Source: Paragordius varius
Lineage: Eukaryota; Animalia; Nematomorpha
Length of the DNA: 64,000 nt
Direction: 5' to 3'
NCBI GenBank assembly: GCA_964247055.1
Contig: OZ176053.1
Coordinates: 3,038,001-3,102,000 of the forward strand
Made by a program: the position numbers and the translations under genes. This document shows, in pieces, positions 1-13,680 of the stretch. The notes below the pieces were generated by a model that had not been told where the DNA came from, did not search any database, and saw only the letters and a program-made list of their open reading frames with translations. The number at the start of each line of letters is the position of its first letter. Position 1 is the stretch's first letter.

Positions 1-177
1 CGATTCCTACAAAAATATTCTTAAAATAAATATTGGTCCCTAACACAGTCCTAATATATAGAGAAACATTGTAATAGATTAGAAATATTCTTTGATAACT
101 TAAAAATAAAATATTATTTTTTTATTTAAAAAAACAATCTAAATCATATGGATCTAATAAAAGTGTTCATACGTTAC

Positions 178-247
178 CTTTTGTGGCATGAAGATATTGT
201 TGGATAAGACATGATAGTATTAATGCCAAATATAGTTTTGAAATCAT
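178..247 (-). CDS. Gene C: first (signal-peptide) exon of a third paralog of the orphan secreted family; the gene runs off the left edge
   Basis: ATG at 247 gives MISKLYLALILSCLIQQYLHATK+G, then a phase-1 donor G|gtaacg. Same 70-nt length, phase and YLAL..S.....YLHATK motif as gene B exon 1 (44172-44103). Confidence 0.75.
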
Positions 248-837
248 GTTCAAAAAAATTTATATTATAAAACTTTAAAATAAAATCGGTAATTTATTTT
301 ACTGATATACTATGAATAGAAATGCTTGAAATGATAATTTGGGTAAAAGTCCTATATGATAAATTTATTTCAAGATGATATAGAAATTAATAGAACATAC
401 GTAATACAATATATTCTTTACTTTATTATATCAGAATTTATTGAAAAATGTATATTATTATATAATTATTAGATAAATGATCTAAATACACAAATCAATA
501 CATAAACCTAAGTATAGTTTTTTTTTCGATATCATTCTTATAAAATGACGAAAAGTCAATAATATTGACTAAAAGTAATTTTGAAGTAAATTTTGATCGC
601 TATTTCTCGAATGTATTGTTGATTACACAATCCTAGGTCAACATAACGTAAAATAATTGGTATTTTTTGTAATATTGCATAACCTATATTAAAAACAAAG
701 AGTAAAATCAACCCACATTTTGGGGATATTTTAGGGACCCAAATTTTTACACGTTTTTGTAAAAATGACCTTTTGCTCCTTACTTGGGCATACACACATA
801 TAAAAAAATTTTATTAACGGGAAAACATAAATAAATA

Positions 838-1209
838 TACCATTTGCACTTCAAGAGTTTCCTTGAACACTTCAAGTTGGACCTTGAACATTTCAAGTTG
901 GTCCGTAAAATTTTAAATTTTAATTTAACCATAATATTTTCATTTATTTTTTATTTCATTATTAAACCTAATTTTCTTTATATTGTTAATTCATTTAAAA
1001 AAAATTTTTATTTAAAAACCACTTAAAAGTTGATATTGATTTTAAATTTTTGCTAAATAATAGAAAATAGGCTAAAAACGATAAAATCGATGAATGATAT
1101 ACGATTTGATTTATAAAAGTTAAAAACAAAACAAAAAAGTCAATAAACCAATGAAGTTTTAAAGGACCAACTTGAAGTGTCCAAGGACACTCTTGAAGTG
1201 CAAATGGTA
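838..1209. mobile_element. MITE/foldback family 1 (TACCATTTGCAC...GTGCAAATGGTA, 21-bp subterminal repeats)
   Basis: Terminal inverted repeats with TA on both flanks and subterminal cttgaacacttcaagttggtc-type 21-mers; several copies in the window. Confidence 0.85.
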
Positions 1210-1513
1210 TATGTTATGGTTTAAAAATTTTGAATTTTAGTATATTATTTCGATAAAATAATTACAATCTAATAGAAAAATGTATCAGGATATGGCGAGG
1301 GTGATTTCAGTTACTAATACAATAATCGTGAATTCGCATATCAGATGTTAAATTTTTTATGGAAGCCATATGCTCCAATTTAAGCTGGATCGGTTGAAGA
1401 AATCAAGAAAATGCTAAAACTACTTAGTTACTTGATTTTGATTAAATAAAATATTTTGTTATAATAAGTATTTACTTATAGATATTTATTGCATATAAAG
1501 TTTTCTCATACTA

Positions 1514-2051
1514 TACCATTTTCAAGAGTTTCTTTGAACACTTCAAGTTGGTCCTTGATCACTTCAAGTTTGTCCTTAAAATTTTTATATTTTGATTTAA
1601 CCATAATTTTTGCATTTAATTTTCTATTTTATTATTTTTTACCCTAATTTTCTTTATTTATTATATATTTATTCATTTAAAATGAAAATTTTATTTAAAA
1701 ACCACTTTTTTGTTTCAAACTAATTTTTTTCCAATTTAACAAATGTTTTTGATGAAAAATTGTAAATAATAACCCAACAAACTTATATATTTTTTACGTG
1801 TTAAAATCTTACAAATATCCAAAATTATCAGAAATAAATAAAGATATACGGTTTCTCAATGATTAAAAGTTGATATTGATTTAAAATTTATTGTAAATAA
1901 TAGAAAATAGGTTAAAAATAATAAAATAGATGAATGATACACGAGTTGATTGATAAAAGTTAAAAACAAAACAAAAATATTTAAGGACCAGCTTGAAATG
2001 TTCAAGGACCAACTTGAAGTGTTCAAGGACACTCTTGAAGTGCAAATGGTA
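1514..2051. mobile_element. MITE/foldback family 1 copy
   Basis: Starts TACCATTTTCAAGAG and ends CTTGAAGTGCAAATGGTA; TA flanks; internal similarity to 838-1209. Confidence 0.8.
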
Positions 2052-2714
2052 TATTTAACATTTTCAAAAAAATATAAATAATAAAATATTTTTTAACTAC
2101 CAGTAAACACTGGATTTTTTTAAGGTGTCTATGTAACCAGACTAGCTACGGTTTGTTGTGATTTTTCCAAATTTTCATGTATTCTATTAATTTTTTTATC
2201 AACACTTTGATTTAAATTTAACTAGTGACCCTAGACCATATTTAAATTGATTAAAAAATTAATGACAACGGTTTTAATTTGAGTTTAATACTTTTAACCT
2301 GATAAAAATTAATAAATAAGCCAAATATCTTAAATAAAATTTAATTTTGAAACAGAGCTCCATATCAAACGACATGGACGCCATCTATTTTTGCATACTG
2401 TGCTTTTACACTACATGTTTTTTCAACCCTATAAAAGGGCATGAAATTTGTATAAAAAAGGTAATAGCCAAAGTTTTGTGCAAAGATCGGTATGTGAGTT
2501 AACGTTAAGCGCTACCAACGGTTAGACAAACTTCTGCTAAGCAAGCCACTGACCAGGTCAGGGACCATTTACCATATTCGTATAAAAAATATTAATTTAT
2601 TGGAAAATTTATTACAATTTTGTTTGAATGTATAATATAAATTTTTGCCATACACATGATTTATATATAAAATTTTATAGAGTCATTTTGAAAACAAAAC
2701 AAATAAGTAGTATT

Positions 2715-3363
2715 ATTATACATCATTAGCACTTCAATAGGGTTCATGAACACTCCAGATTGGTTGAACATTTCAACAGTGTGCTTGAACCCTTCAATTT
2801 CCTTAAACACTTCAAGTTGGTCTTTAAACATTTCATGTTGATATTTGAACACTTCAAGTTGCTCTTTAAAATTCTAAGTTTTGATATAACCATAATTTTT
2901 GCACATATTATTATATTTTAGCCTATTTTTCTTTTATTATATATATTTATTCATTATTAAAATATTTTTTATTTAAAAACCACTTTTTTTTGTTTCAAAC
3001 TAGTTTTTTTCCAATTTAACAAAATTATTAGCTTTTAAATGTTTTCAAAAAGGATAATTTAATTACTTGTTATAATCTTATATTTTAAATAGTAGAAATC
3101 AATAAAGATACTGAATGATTATATGATATTAAAAATTTATGTTAATTATAGAAAATAGGTTAAAAATGATAAAATAGATGAATGATATATGATTTGATTG
3201 ATAAAAAACAAAACAAAAAATACTAACTTGAAGTGCTCAAGAACCAGCTTGAAATGTTCAAAGACTAACTTAAAGTGTGCTAGGACCAACTTAAATTGTT
3301 CAAGTACCAACTTGAAGTGTTTAAGGACTAGCTTGGAATGGTTATACTCTTGTGCGAATGGTA
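2715..3363. mobile_element. MITE/foldback family 1 copy, left end decayed
   Basis: Expanded 21-bp repeats at both ends; right terminus GCGAATGGTA-TA. Explains ORFs 2661-2852 and 3198-3488. Left boundary approximate. Confidence 0.7.
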
Positions 3364-3659
3364 TATTTAAAATATTTATCGCGCAATCTCGGCATTTTTG
3401 CGTTTACTTTAAGAAAACTAGCTCATTTAAGCGTGAAAATTTGTCACTTCCTGAGTCCACATCTAAAAATAAATATTTTAAAATATGAATTTGCTTTTTA
3501 TATGTAGTTTATGGTATATAGTGATCTTTTTGGAATGAAGCATTTGGCTTTCATTAAAAAATTTTTACTTAAGAATGTGTGCAAATTTTGCCATTTAATA
3601 TAAAGCACTTACCCCAATAATGGTTGGTTGGTTATTCCTAAGTCGTAAACGAGTTTTTG

Positions 3660-6380
3660 GATATAGTTTTCACTATATCTTTCCACTTTCTTCTATCTTT
3701 TACCGCTAGATTGAGATCGTTCAATGTCATTTAAGTCTCCTCTTTTATCAAATCCAACCACCTCATCGGTGGTCGGCCTCGTTTCCTTTGTCCTTCTACC
3801 TTCCCAAACATTGTATCTTTCTCTAGAGAATTCAATCGCATGACATGACTAAAATATGTTAACTTTCTTTTTAGAATTATCTCCAGGATGTTTGTTTTAG
3901 CCTTTATTTCTGTAGTTAGGTTTCCATTCTCAATTTTATCCTTCCAGGTGTATCCTAGCATCCTACGCCAGCAGCTCCTTTCGAAAGCCATGAGCCTTTT
4001 TTTGTCTCTTTTTTCAGAGTCCAGTTCTCACAACCATATGTGGTGACCGGGAGAACAAAACAGCAGGGTAAATTATTTTAGCTTCAACTTCTACGCTTTT
4101 GTTTTTCCAAATCTTTATTAGTTTGGTCATGCTTCTTTACCCAATCCTATTCTCTTTCTTATGTCAGGAGTTGAAGACCCATCCTCGGAAATTACTGCAC
4201 CCAAGAACGTTAATTGTTTAACTACTTCTATTTCAACTCCATATATAATAATTGTAGGCTTTTCTCCAGTACATATTATTTTGGTTTTGTTAGGGTTAAG
4301 CAAAATACCATAACTCAAACTTTCCTTTTGAATCTCTTCGATCAATTCCTTTAAATCATTTACAATTTCAGCTATAAAAGTGGTATCGTCTGCAAACCTT
4401 TTATTAATTGTACTCCCTCCTATTCTTACTCCAATATTTTTACCATCTAACTTTCTCATTATCATTTCTGTGAACATATTGAACAGATAAGGCGATAAGC
4501 AACACCCTTGTCTGACTCCTTTCAAGATAGGTATTTCTTCTGTGTCCCCCGCTGATGCTCTTATAATCGCTCTTTGTTTTACACAAAGAGAGCTAATCAA
4601 TCTTATTAAGTGGGACGACATCCCTACTAACTTTAATGTTTCCCACAAGGAGTCATAATTAATCGAATCGAAGGCTTGTCTGTAATCAATAAAACACATG
4701 TATTATTCTTTCTGAAACTCTCTAGATGTTTCCATTATCCTCCTCATGTTTGATATATGGTCTCTTGTGCTTTTTCCCTTCATAAATCCGGCTTGATTTT
4801 TTGATATTTCTGACTGTATAATACTGTGCATTCTGTTTTGTATTATTTAAGCAAGACCTTACTAGCGTGGCTAATAAGAGCTATTCGGTAGTTATCGCAC
4901 TGGAGTGCATCACCTTTATTGTATATTAGGAGATATACAGATGATATCTAGTCGTTTGGCCACTCACATGTTTCCCACACCTTTTGACATAACTTGTGTA
5001 ACGTTTCTACAGAAACTGCTTTTATGAATTCTATTGGGATATTGTCTAATCCCATCGCTTTGTTGTTAGGAATTTGTTTTAAGGCTAATTCAACCTTCTC
5101 TCTTAGTATATCTGGATAACGGTCCTCTTTTAATTGCAACACTTTTGCTTGAGGGGCCTGATAGAGTTTTTGGGTGTATTCCTTCCATCTTTCTCGTACT
5201 TCTGTTTGTTTGCACAATATGGTGCCATTCTCTTTTTTAATCTTTTGGGATGATATATAAGGTTTGTGAGTCATTTGGTTCAGTTTCTGGAACATTGATT
5301 GCATTATCCTATTTTGTTATTTCATTCCACTTCCAGACATTGTTTATTAAGAAATTCTTCATAATCCTTCCTTGTTTGTCTTTGAAATTCTTTGTTATAT
5401 AATTTAACCATTTATCCCCTCTAGATTTAGCTTTTCTTCGCTTTTCTGCTCTAAACTCTTTTCTGATATCCATTTATTATCTTTCCTCTTTACCCTTTGC
5501 ACTTTTTCATTTGCCACTTCGATAATAACATTTTTTATCGTTCCCCATAATTGTTCTGAGCTACATTCATTGTCCAATCTTTCTAAGTCTGTTTAACCTT
5601 ATTTTTAATTATTTTAATTTTGATTTTGGTTACTAAAAGCTCATGATCATTAGTGTTTTTGTATCGAGTATAGAGCTTTTCCATTTTTGTGGGCATATTA
5701 TGTAATCGATTTGGTTCTTATATTTATCACATGGAGAGGTCCATGTGTATAACCTCCTATTGTGTTGTGGAAACCATGTGTTTGTTATCATCATCTCATT
5801 TTCCTGGCAAAAATTGATCAGTGCCTCCCCAGCCTCGTTTCGTTCTCCCAATCCATATGGCCCGACTAGTCTACTCTACCTCTACCAACTTTGCTGTTCC
5901 AATCACATCCTATGATAATCATATCTCCTTTCTTCGTTTCATCCAAAACTATTTGAAACTTTGCATAAAAATCCTCTATGTCTTCTTTGGGAGCATTTGA
6001 CGTAGGAGCATAGACTATGTATAAAATTTAAGTGGCTTAGCATTCAGCCTAATACTCATGATTCTGGGTGTATATGGTGTATAACTAATGAGACTTTTAT
6101 TTAATTTATTTTTTATTAATACTGCAACGCCTTCTGATTTCTGGTCATCTCTCCCCGATCTTAACAATGTATATTTTTCGTTTTGTGCTTTCGCGCTACC
6201 TTTTTGCTTAGTTTCCGTTAGACCCAGTATATCTAAGTTCAATCTTTCCATTTCTCTTTCAATTATAAGCTGTTTGGTTTCTGTTAATGAACGTACGTTC
6301 CAGCACCCAACTTTGAAAGGGTGCGTCAATTGCATAGTAAGGGTGGTTTGCCATTGCCTTCCCTCTCACTTACCCTCTTA
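3660..6380 (-). mobile_element. Decayed RTE-clade non-LTR retrotransposon (APE endonuclease + reverse transcriptase)
   Basis: Frameshifted ORF pieces: GCWNVRSL (endonuclease), KNQIDYI, FIDYRQAFDS, KGVRQGCCLSPYLF, FADD (RT), GQRKRGRPPMRWLD (RTE C-terminus). The 5' UTR has the RTE/BovB-like gaaggcaatggcaaaccac motif. Boundaries approximate. Confidence 0.9.
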
Positions 6381-7399
6381 AAAAAATAAAAATAAAAAAT
6401 ATATGATAGTAAAATAAATTTTACTTAAAAATTAACCTCTATAAATGTTGTCAGTTTTGATAAATTGTGAATATTAATATTTCACTTTGTATAGCAATCA
6501 TAAAATAAAAAAGGACAAAAAAAATAAAAAAAATGAAGGAAAACATTGTTTTCCGATGCATTCCCTCTCAACTACCGTTTTACTCAAAAATATATGGCTA
6601 GGATAGTAAAGAAAAAAAAATATAATAATATATTAACATTAAAATCTAATATATTGTCAATTTTTGATAATATATGAAATATTTTATAATAAGTCTTTAT
6701 ATTTACAATGTAAGCATAAAATTACAAAAAATATAGCAAGGCTATAAAATAAAAAAAAACACGAACTGGAAAAAAATAATAATATGTATAACAATGATTT
6801 TTGATGTATTATGAAATTTATTAGTCTTTTAATTAAACTAATGTTACTATCCTTGATGAGTAAATAACGAATATATCTGGCCGCTTTTAATCACATGATT
6901 TCATGCCACCACAATAATAATTTTTTTTAAATAACTCATAAGAAAACTAAAAGATCCGTGATAATCCTGATACATTATTCTATCATATATTTTTTGTGTA
7001 CACTGTGTATTGAGAACATTTAAATCCGAAATACTGTATAAATGGCAGGTTAATGCAAAACGGATGCGACACTACACGCGTCCTCGCTTATTTATTGTTT
7101 GATTTACCTGGAGAAGCTTTGATTGTGTAATATCAAAGCGATCTATAAAGACGTGGCTAGCTAGCTAAGATGGGCAAAGTTTAAACAATGAAAAAAATTG
7201 AATCGTCGGATCGTTTATGTGTACTATAAAAGAGAAAAATCACCCTATTATAATACATTTTTGATCAGAATTATTATATTGGGATAATATATATATGACT
7301 AGAATGGTGGCGCTATTTTTTTAAAAAATATGCATGTGTGCATGTGTGCATGTGAGTTTGAGGATGAAAGCACAAATATAGAGTATTTCACAATGAATT

Positions 7400-9010
7400 T
7401 TATTCGAAAAATTGATGAAGTTTTTCACAGAAGACAACTTAAACTTACCTCACTTAAATTCCTGCTGAACTGTATTTAGCATGCAATTTTTAATTATATT
7501 AAAGAAAATATTAGAAATATATGTATGGGGAGGAATCTGTTATAATTGTATTAAAATAAAATCCGACGTTTTAATATAGATCAATATTCACATTGCACTG
7601 CTTGTTTCCCCTTGATTTGAACATATTTTTTGCAATGACCCATGTGGTTAGAAATGTTAATATTTTTATATAATCATCTGCTTTAAAGTATAAACAATTT
7701 AAAAATCCATTGAAAAATATTGATATTAAATTCGAGATATTTTCAAATTAATATTAACAAAAGATTTTATTCAATATATAAAATATTTTTTTCTATTGCA
7801 GAGTATTTATAGAGAGGATTTGGCGAATGAAAGTAAGGTTGTCAAATTTATTTTCTTTAAATTTCACTGGGGAAAATTAACCAATGAAGAATTGGATAAA
7901 ATCATAATTGCACATCATACTCATGCTTTTACTAAATACATTTAAAGTTAGTAAAACCAAATATTTGTAAAAATGCGAAAAAACACATAATAAAAGCACT
8001 AATGATCGACATTTAGTTTTATGACTTTAAACTAATTTTTTAATGGGATATTTGTTTTGTAAAAAAAGTAAATTTCTACTGATACTTTTAATTCATCGAC
8101 ATATATTATTTCGCGAACGACTTATGCCATTTATTGAATTAATTTTATTGAATCGCATGTTATAATTTCCTGCATACCTTCCTCAACAAACCATCTGAAT
8201 AAGGTTTCATTTTTTTAGAGATTAAATTTGTAACAGTATAACTTGCCAGTCCTATCGGATAATGTTGCATGAATTAAATTGATGGTTGACGATTACCACA
8301 TTTTTTTAGTGATCTTATTCTCAGAGTTTTAAATCTTGTAGTCATATTAATAAAATCCAGATGCACGGTGAAGCGTGTCTTTTTATATTATTCGTGAAAT
8401 GCACTCATCGTTACTTTTAAAATAAGGCACATGGGTTTATTATTGGAATTTTGTGTAAACCCATATTTTAATTCCCAGTCCGGATTATATTTTTTAAAAC
8501 TTTTTCAGAATTATGTTAGTTTGCTGACTTTAACTAAATAATAATTTACTGGACTAATGTATCGATATAAATTAAATTAAATTTCGCAAAAAATAAAATC
8601 TCGAAAATGACTATAAGTCCTCAAGATATTTAGAGAACTAAATAAAGTGTACCAATTGTAAATATTTTCGATACGTAATTTATAACTCCAATAATATAGG
8701 TATTGCTATTGGGACCGTGGTTTACTCATATATGACTCTTTCACTAAATAATTACCAAAAAAGTTTACCAATGGCACTTATTGTTAAGGTATTCAGATTG
8801 TAAAGGTAATAAATGATTAAAGGACTGTGATGAAAAATAATAAAAAATGTTATAAAAAAGTTTTTATGCAAATCAATTTAATTTTAAAAATTTTACATAG
8901 CCACTCGAAAATTAAACATTTTGCAGAGAAATTTTTTTTCAAATTTTTTAAAGAGCCACTCAAATTTTTAAGCCACAAGTGGCTCAGGAACCACCTGTTG
9001 GACACCGAAT
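7400..9010. mobile_element. Interrupted non-autonomous hAT-like element, homologous to 27487-28113
   Basis: 7420-7660 resembles 27640-27905 and 8830-9005 resembles 27950-28113; the right end ctgttggacacc matches the ggtgtccaac type terminus. About 1.1 kb of unrelated sequence lies between the two parts. Confidence 0.55.
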
Positions 9011-10697
9011 GTAGAAGGTAAAATTTATCAATGCTTTTTTGAGATGTTTCTAATGTTAGGATTTTTGACTCCCCCCGCGCCTCGTAACTTGTAAATTTAA
9101 AAGATTATATTTGATAACGTGGCCCATCTAATGGGCATTTATGCTTTAAAGGTGTGCTTATAGTCGGCTCATTAATTTTATAAGCTGATACAGAAATAGA
9201 AAAATAAGTTTGATTCTAAAGTACCGTTTATTCCTGTAACAAATCCATAAATGCATAATATTTGGTCATTTATGAATGCATCGATTATAGTAAGCCGCTA
9301 TTTTATTTTTCTCCCAAGTTATTAGTCCTGAGGTATCCAACCTAAATGACTTTGGCCGTATTTTCACCCCCAAAACCGAGCTTGCATAAAAAATATTCTA
9401 TTTACTATTTATAAAATTCTCAGGAAATAAAAAATATATACTCGGATAAAAAAATGCTTAGCCCAAAATAGGATTTGTTGAACATAAATTTTTTACAAAA
9501 AACGATCTACGTTTCATGAAGTGGGACATTATATATTGTAAGTCTTACAGGCGTGTTATTTATCAATTAAAATATAATAATATTGCTAAAAAGTATGATT
9601 CACGATCAATTTTCGCTAGGTTTGTTATTTAATTTAAATATTTTCTTCCGAGCAAAAATAGAAATTTATTGAAGAAAATGGCAAAACAATATTCAAATAT
9701 AGAAACAATTAATATCTTTTTATCAAAAATATTTTTTAAAATTGACCGCAAGAGACTTAAAAAATATTTATAAATAATTTGCACAACTGCGGAAGTAGGG
9801 TATATTTCACCTCCAATAAAAATATATATTTTTAAAATTCATGCAGAAAAAATTTTATTAACTCAGTTTTTTAAAGGATTATTTGTCCAAAATAAGTTTA
9901 AATATTTCTAGCACTATTTTGGCGTTGGGGCTTTTTGCCATAAAACTAAAAAGTTCTTTTCCTGCATAAGAGCAATTTTTTTCATTCAAATTTGACATCA
10001 ACGTGGGAATATTTGTTTTAGTTCTTGTAAATCTCTCAAAGTCTTTCTAAAAATGTATAGAATCTAATTAATGATATATGGAGTGTAGGATTGCCTATTA
10101 ATTAACACATAAAAATTTAGTTGATGTGTATTCCTCTATTGCATTACATTTGGCCTAATGAACGATGATGCGATAGCGGTAAATTATAAAGATTTTATTT
10201 CAGTAGCAAATAAAAAAACCCTCAGGCCATTTTTGAATGAGGCCTTATACAAAAATTGCTTGTATCGGTAAAAAATTTGCCAATTTTTTGTCTTAAATGT
10301 ATAGCACGAATAAGGGGAAAAAAGGTCATGTTACACCTAAAGAGGTAAATATGGGTCAAATATTAAAAATATCCGCAAAAAATTAACCTTGGTTTATTTT
10401 TTTATTAACATCATATTTCGATATTTTAAAAATACGTAATATTAAATTATGCTAGAAACAGCAAACTAATCTTAGTCAAATTTTTTTTAATTAATTATTG
10501 ATATTTCAAATTATACGTTTTTTGTAATTGTGGAACGTTTAAATAGATCACAGGACTGTTGCGTAAAAGCTTTCATCATGCTAAACAAATATATTTATAT
10601 TGAATGACAACATATTTTGTATAGTATATGAGTAAGACAGTTTGACATTAATTAATTATATATTGAAATTATATATTATAAAAATTTGATTAAACAC

Positions 10698-13642
10698 ATG
10701 AATTCATATTTAACATTAATATTATCCTATATCATCCTTCTACATCTCATGAAAGGTAAAAGTTATTCTACAATTTTATTACCATATTAATTTGTTTTAG
10801 ATGATTATATCATTTTTAACATTAATAAAATGACGGTAGTTTCAGATGTCGAAAGGATGCGAATCTTGGAAACTATTCTCTAGTTTAAATTAGGAATGTT
10901 TTTACTTAGGGTTCTACTCTATACCTTGTCGGTTATCGAGGAATGATTTTAAACAGTAACTTTAATCGTGTTAAAATACAATTTTATGTTAGAAATTAAT
11001 TGCCAAAAGCATATATTTTTATTAATGCAAAATAGTACATTGATGAGAAATTGAGCCATATTTGGAGAAAAACATTATTTCTAAAATTTTTACATCAAAG
11101 ACAATGAAAAAATGGACTCTATATTATTTTTAGCCGGGTAATACAGGGGTCAATCACATGGGTGCTGCCTTCTAAGTTTATATTTGAATAGTTTTAGAGC
11201 AGTGTTACTCACCAAAAAAATTTGACGGGCCAAATAAAATATATTATTTTTTCGAGGGTAATGAACCTTATAATGTCAAATATTCCATAGCTATTTGACA
11301 CATATGCACATATTTACACTCGAAATCAGCACAATGATTTTTTTGCGGATCGCATGTAAATCCAGCTAAAAACTCGTTTTACACCATTTAAAAAATTAAA
11401 ATATTTCGTTAACATTTATTTTGATATTATCCAATAATTTTTGACAAGTTTTGCCTCATGATAGGCCAATCTTAATACGTCGTCCATATAATCATCGGTT
11501 AAGCGATTTCTGTAGGTATTCTTGACATACTTCATTCTTCAATATGCCGCCTCACACGTGTAAGTTGAAGGAAAAACAGTATTTGTCACATAGTGCCAAA
11601 ACTCTATTACATATCTTTCTTCCCCACGATTCTCCTAATTTAGCCTCCTGAAATCATTTTTAAGGTCTACCAATTCTTCAATGATATGCGCCTGTCAAAA
11701 CCGAAATGCTCAAGTTGCTTAATATTGGATATATCCATATGCCATGGATTTTCAACGAGTTTTAAGAAATTTTTAATATTTCCTAATTCTGAATTTCATC
11801 TCATTAGATAAAAATGTTAAATGATAACCTCCGCGGTAATGTCGCAAAGGTAGGCTAATAAAACCCACTGTTTATCACTATTTTTTCCTCGTCAAACCTT
11901 ATGTTATTATTTATAAATAATAGAATTTTATGCCTTAAAACAAAAAATCTATTTAATACTTTGGTAAGGCTAAGCCATCGCACAGCGGTGTACAAATATG
12001 GGCAAATTCACTGTGGATATCTTTAAGAAGGTTTTTGAATTTACGGCCGTTGAATTCTTTGCCACGGATGTGGTTAACTATATCCATAAACGTTTTATTA
12101 CGGAATTGAGTTCATCTTTTATACGCGAGACCAAGTTGCTGATGAATAAAGCAGTAAAAGAATAAAATATTTGGCAAATTATATTTTTTTAAGGGGAATA
12201 AATCCTTTGTTTATTCCAATGATAGAGGGACAGTCATCTGTGCAAAAAACCAATTTTTCCATAGATATGCCATTATTATCGAAAAAAATGCCAATTATTT
12301 CTAGGAAATTACTTCTTTTCGTGGTATTATTCATTGGTAAAAATAACTACTCGTTGATTATGTCGTTGCAAAAAACTATGAAGAGAGCACATTGAGATGT
12401 CTTTCCATATTGTATTATTTATAATTATGTGGTTCTTACATATAAGACAGGTAACAACATTTTTTAAAAACGACAAAAAAAATTTCTTCCTATTCTTTTT
12501 TAAAGGAGCGATTTTCATCGGATAATTTACGTTTTTTAGCATTAGATGTCATCCTTTTAATTTATGTTTAAATATTATATAATTTTTTTAAAAAATAGGA
12601 ATATATTTTGAATATGCTATAAAAAAACAGGACGAAATTTAATGATGTTGATTTGATAAATATTTTATGGAAATGAGTATCAGAAAATGATGTAAGATAG
12701 CAATGAAAAGAATATGCAAGTTTGAGTGAAAGGCTTGCTTTACAAAAAAGGAATGCAATAAAAATTTTGAAATAGAAAAGAAAATAAAAAACAGAAACTG
12801 AAACAACGTGTGCCAAATTTTTGAAATCATTTTAATGTAGGAAAATTTTTCTACTTTTCAAATTAGGTAAAAAATAAAAATTACCAAAATTAACTTTAAA
12901 GAAAATAAATTAATATTAAAATACGCGAAAATTTGCTTATGTGTATTCTAAAATTCATCAAAAAAATAATTTATGTATCAATTTGGTCACAGGGCAATTT
13001 TAAAACACTCTTAGGGCGCATGCGGCCCACGGGCCGCGGTTTGAGTATCACTGTTTTAGAGGGTAAATCAATTATTTTTTTCTATATTTTATAGTTAACA
13101 CTAGAAAATTAACAATAAATGCACGTTCTGATAATCAAAATATTATTGTATGCTGGACGTCCTATATTGGTACTCAAATCACTTATTCCTTAACAATGGA
13201 AAGATGTTATGAAAATGTCAAACCATGTTATACCGACACTCAGGTAAAAATCTCTTTTATTTCATATCTAATATGATATTTATATATATGACATGTTAAA
13301 CAAAATTTTTAAATTGTGTTGTTTAGAAAATCAATAACTATAATAACTGATTTTATCGATATAAATGGTTAAATTGATATAAACCTTTCTCATCTTGCAT
13401 AAAAAAACCAGCTGATGTGCCTTGTTATAAGTCGCAGTGACTACCAACAATATCCTTAGCATGTTAATATATTTTTTCAATATACAGAAAAATTTGTTTC
13501 ACGATAATTATGTTTGGAAATGAATTAAGATTACGGCCCCAACCCTGTTAATTTTCAATGGCTATTGACTAAAGGTTTTGCTTTTAGGGCAAACATTATT
13601 GAGTTTATATCGTCTTATGTATCCGAAATGGTTAACTCAAGT

Positions 13643-13680
<38 letters not shown>

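Noticed and set aside
1281-1440. Relatively GC-rich stretch with an acceptor-like AG, possibly an exon
   Set aside because: All frames on both strands stop within about 20 codons or lack usable splice sites, and no motif is recognisable.
6335-6600. Ribozyme at the 5' end of the decayed RTE (3660-6380)
   Set aside because: The element appears truncated within its 5' UTR and no HDV-like pairing could be drawn.
8230-8380. Possible diverged exon 4 of a fourth paralog on the minus strand
   Set aside because: Only patchy nucleotide similarity; the required frame has a stop with no intervening acceptor.
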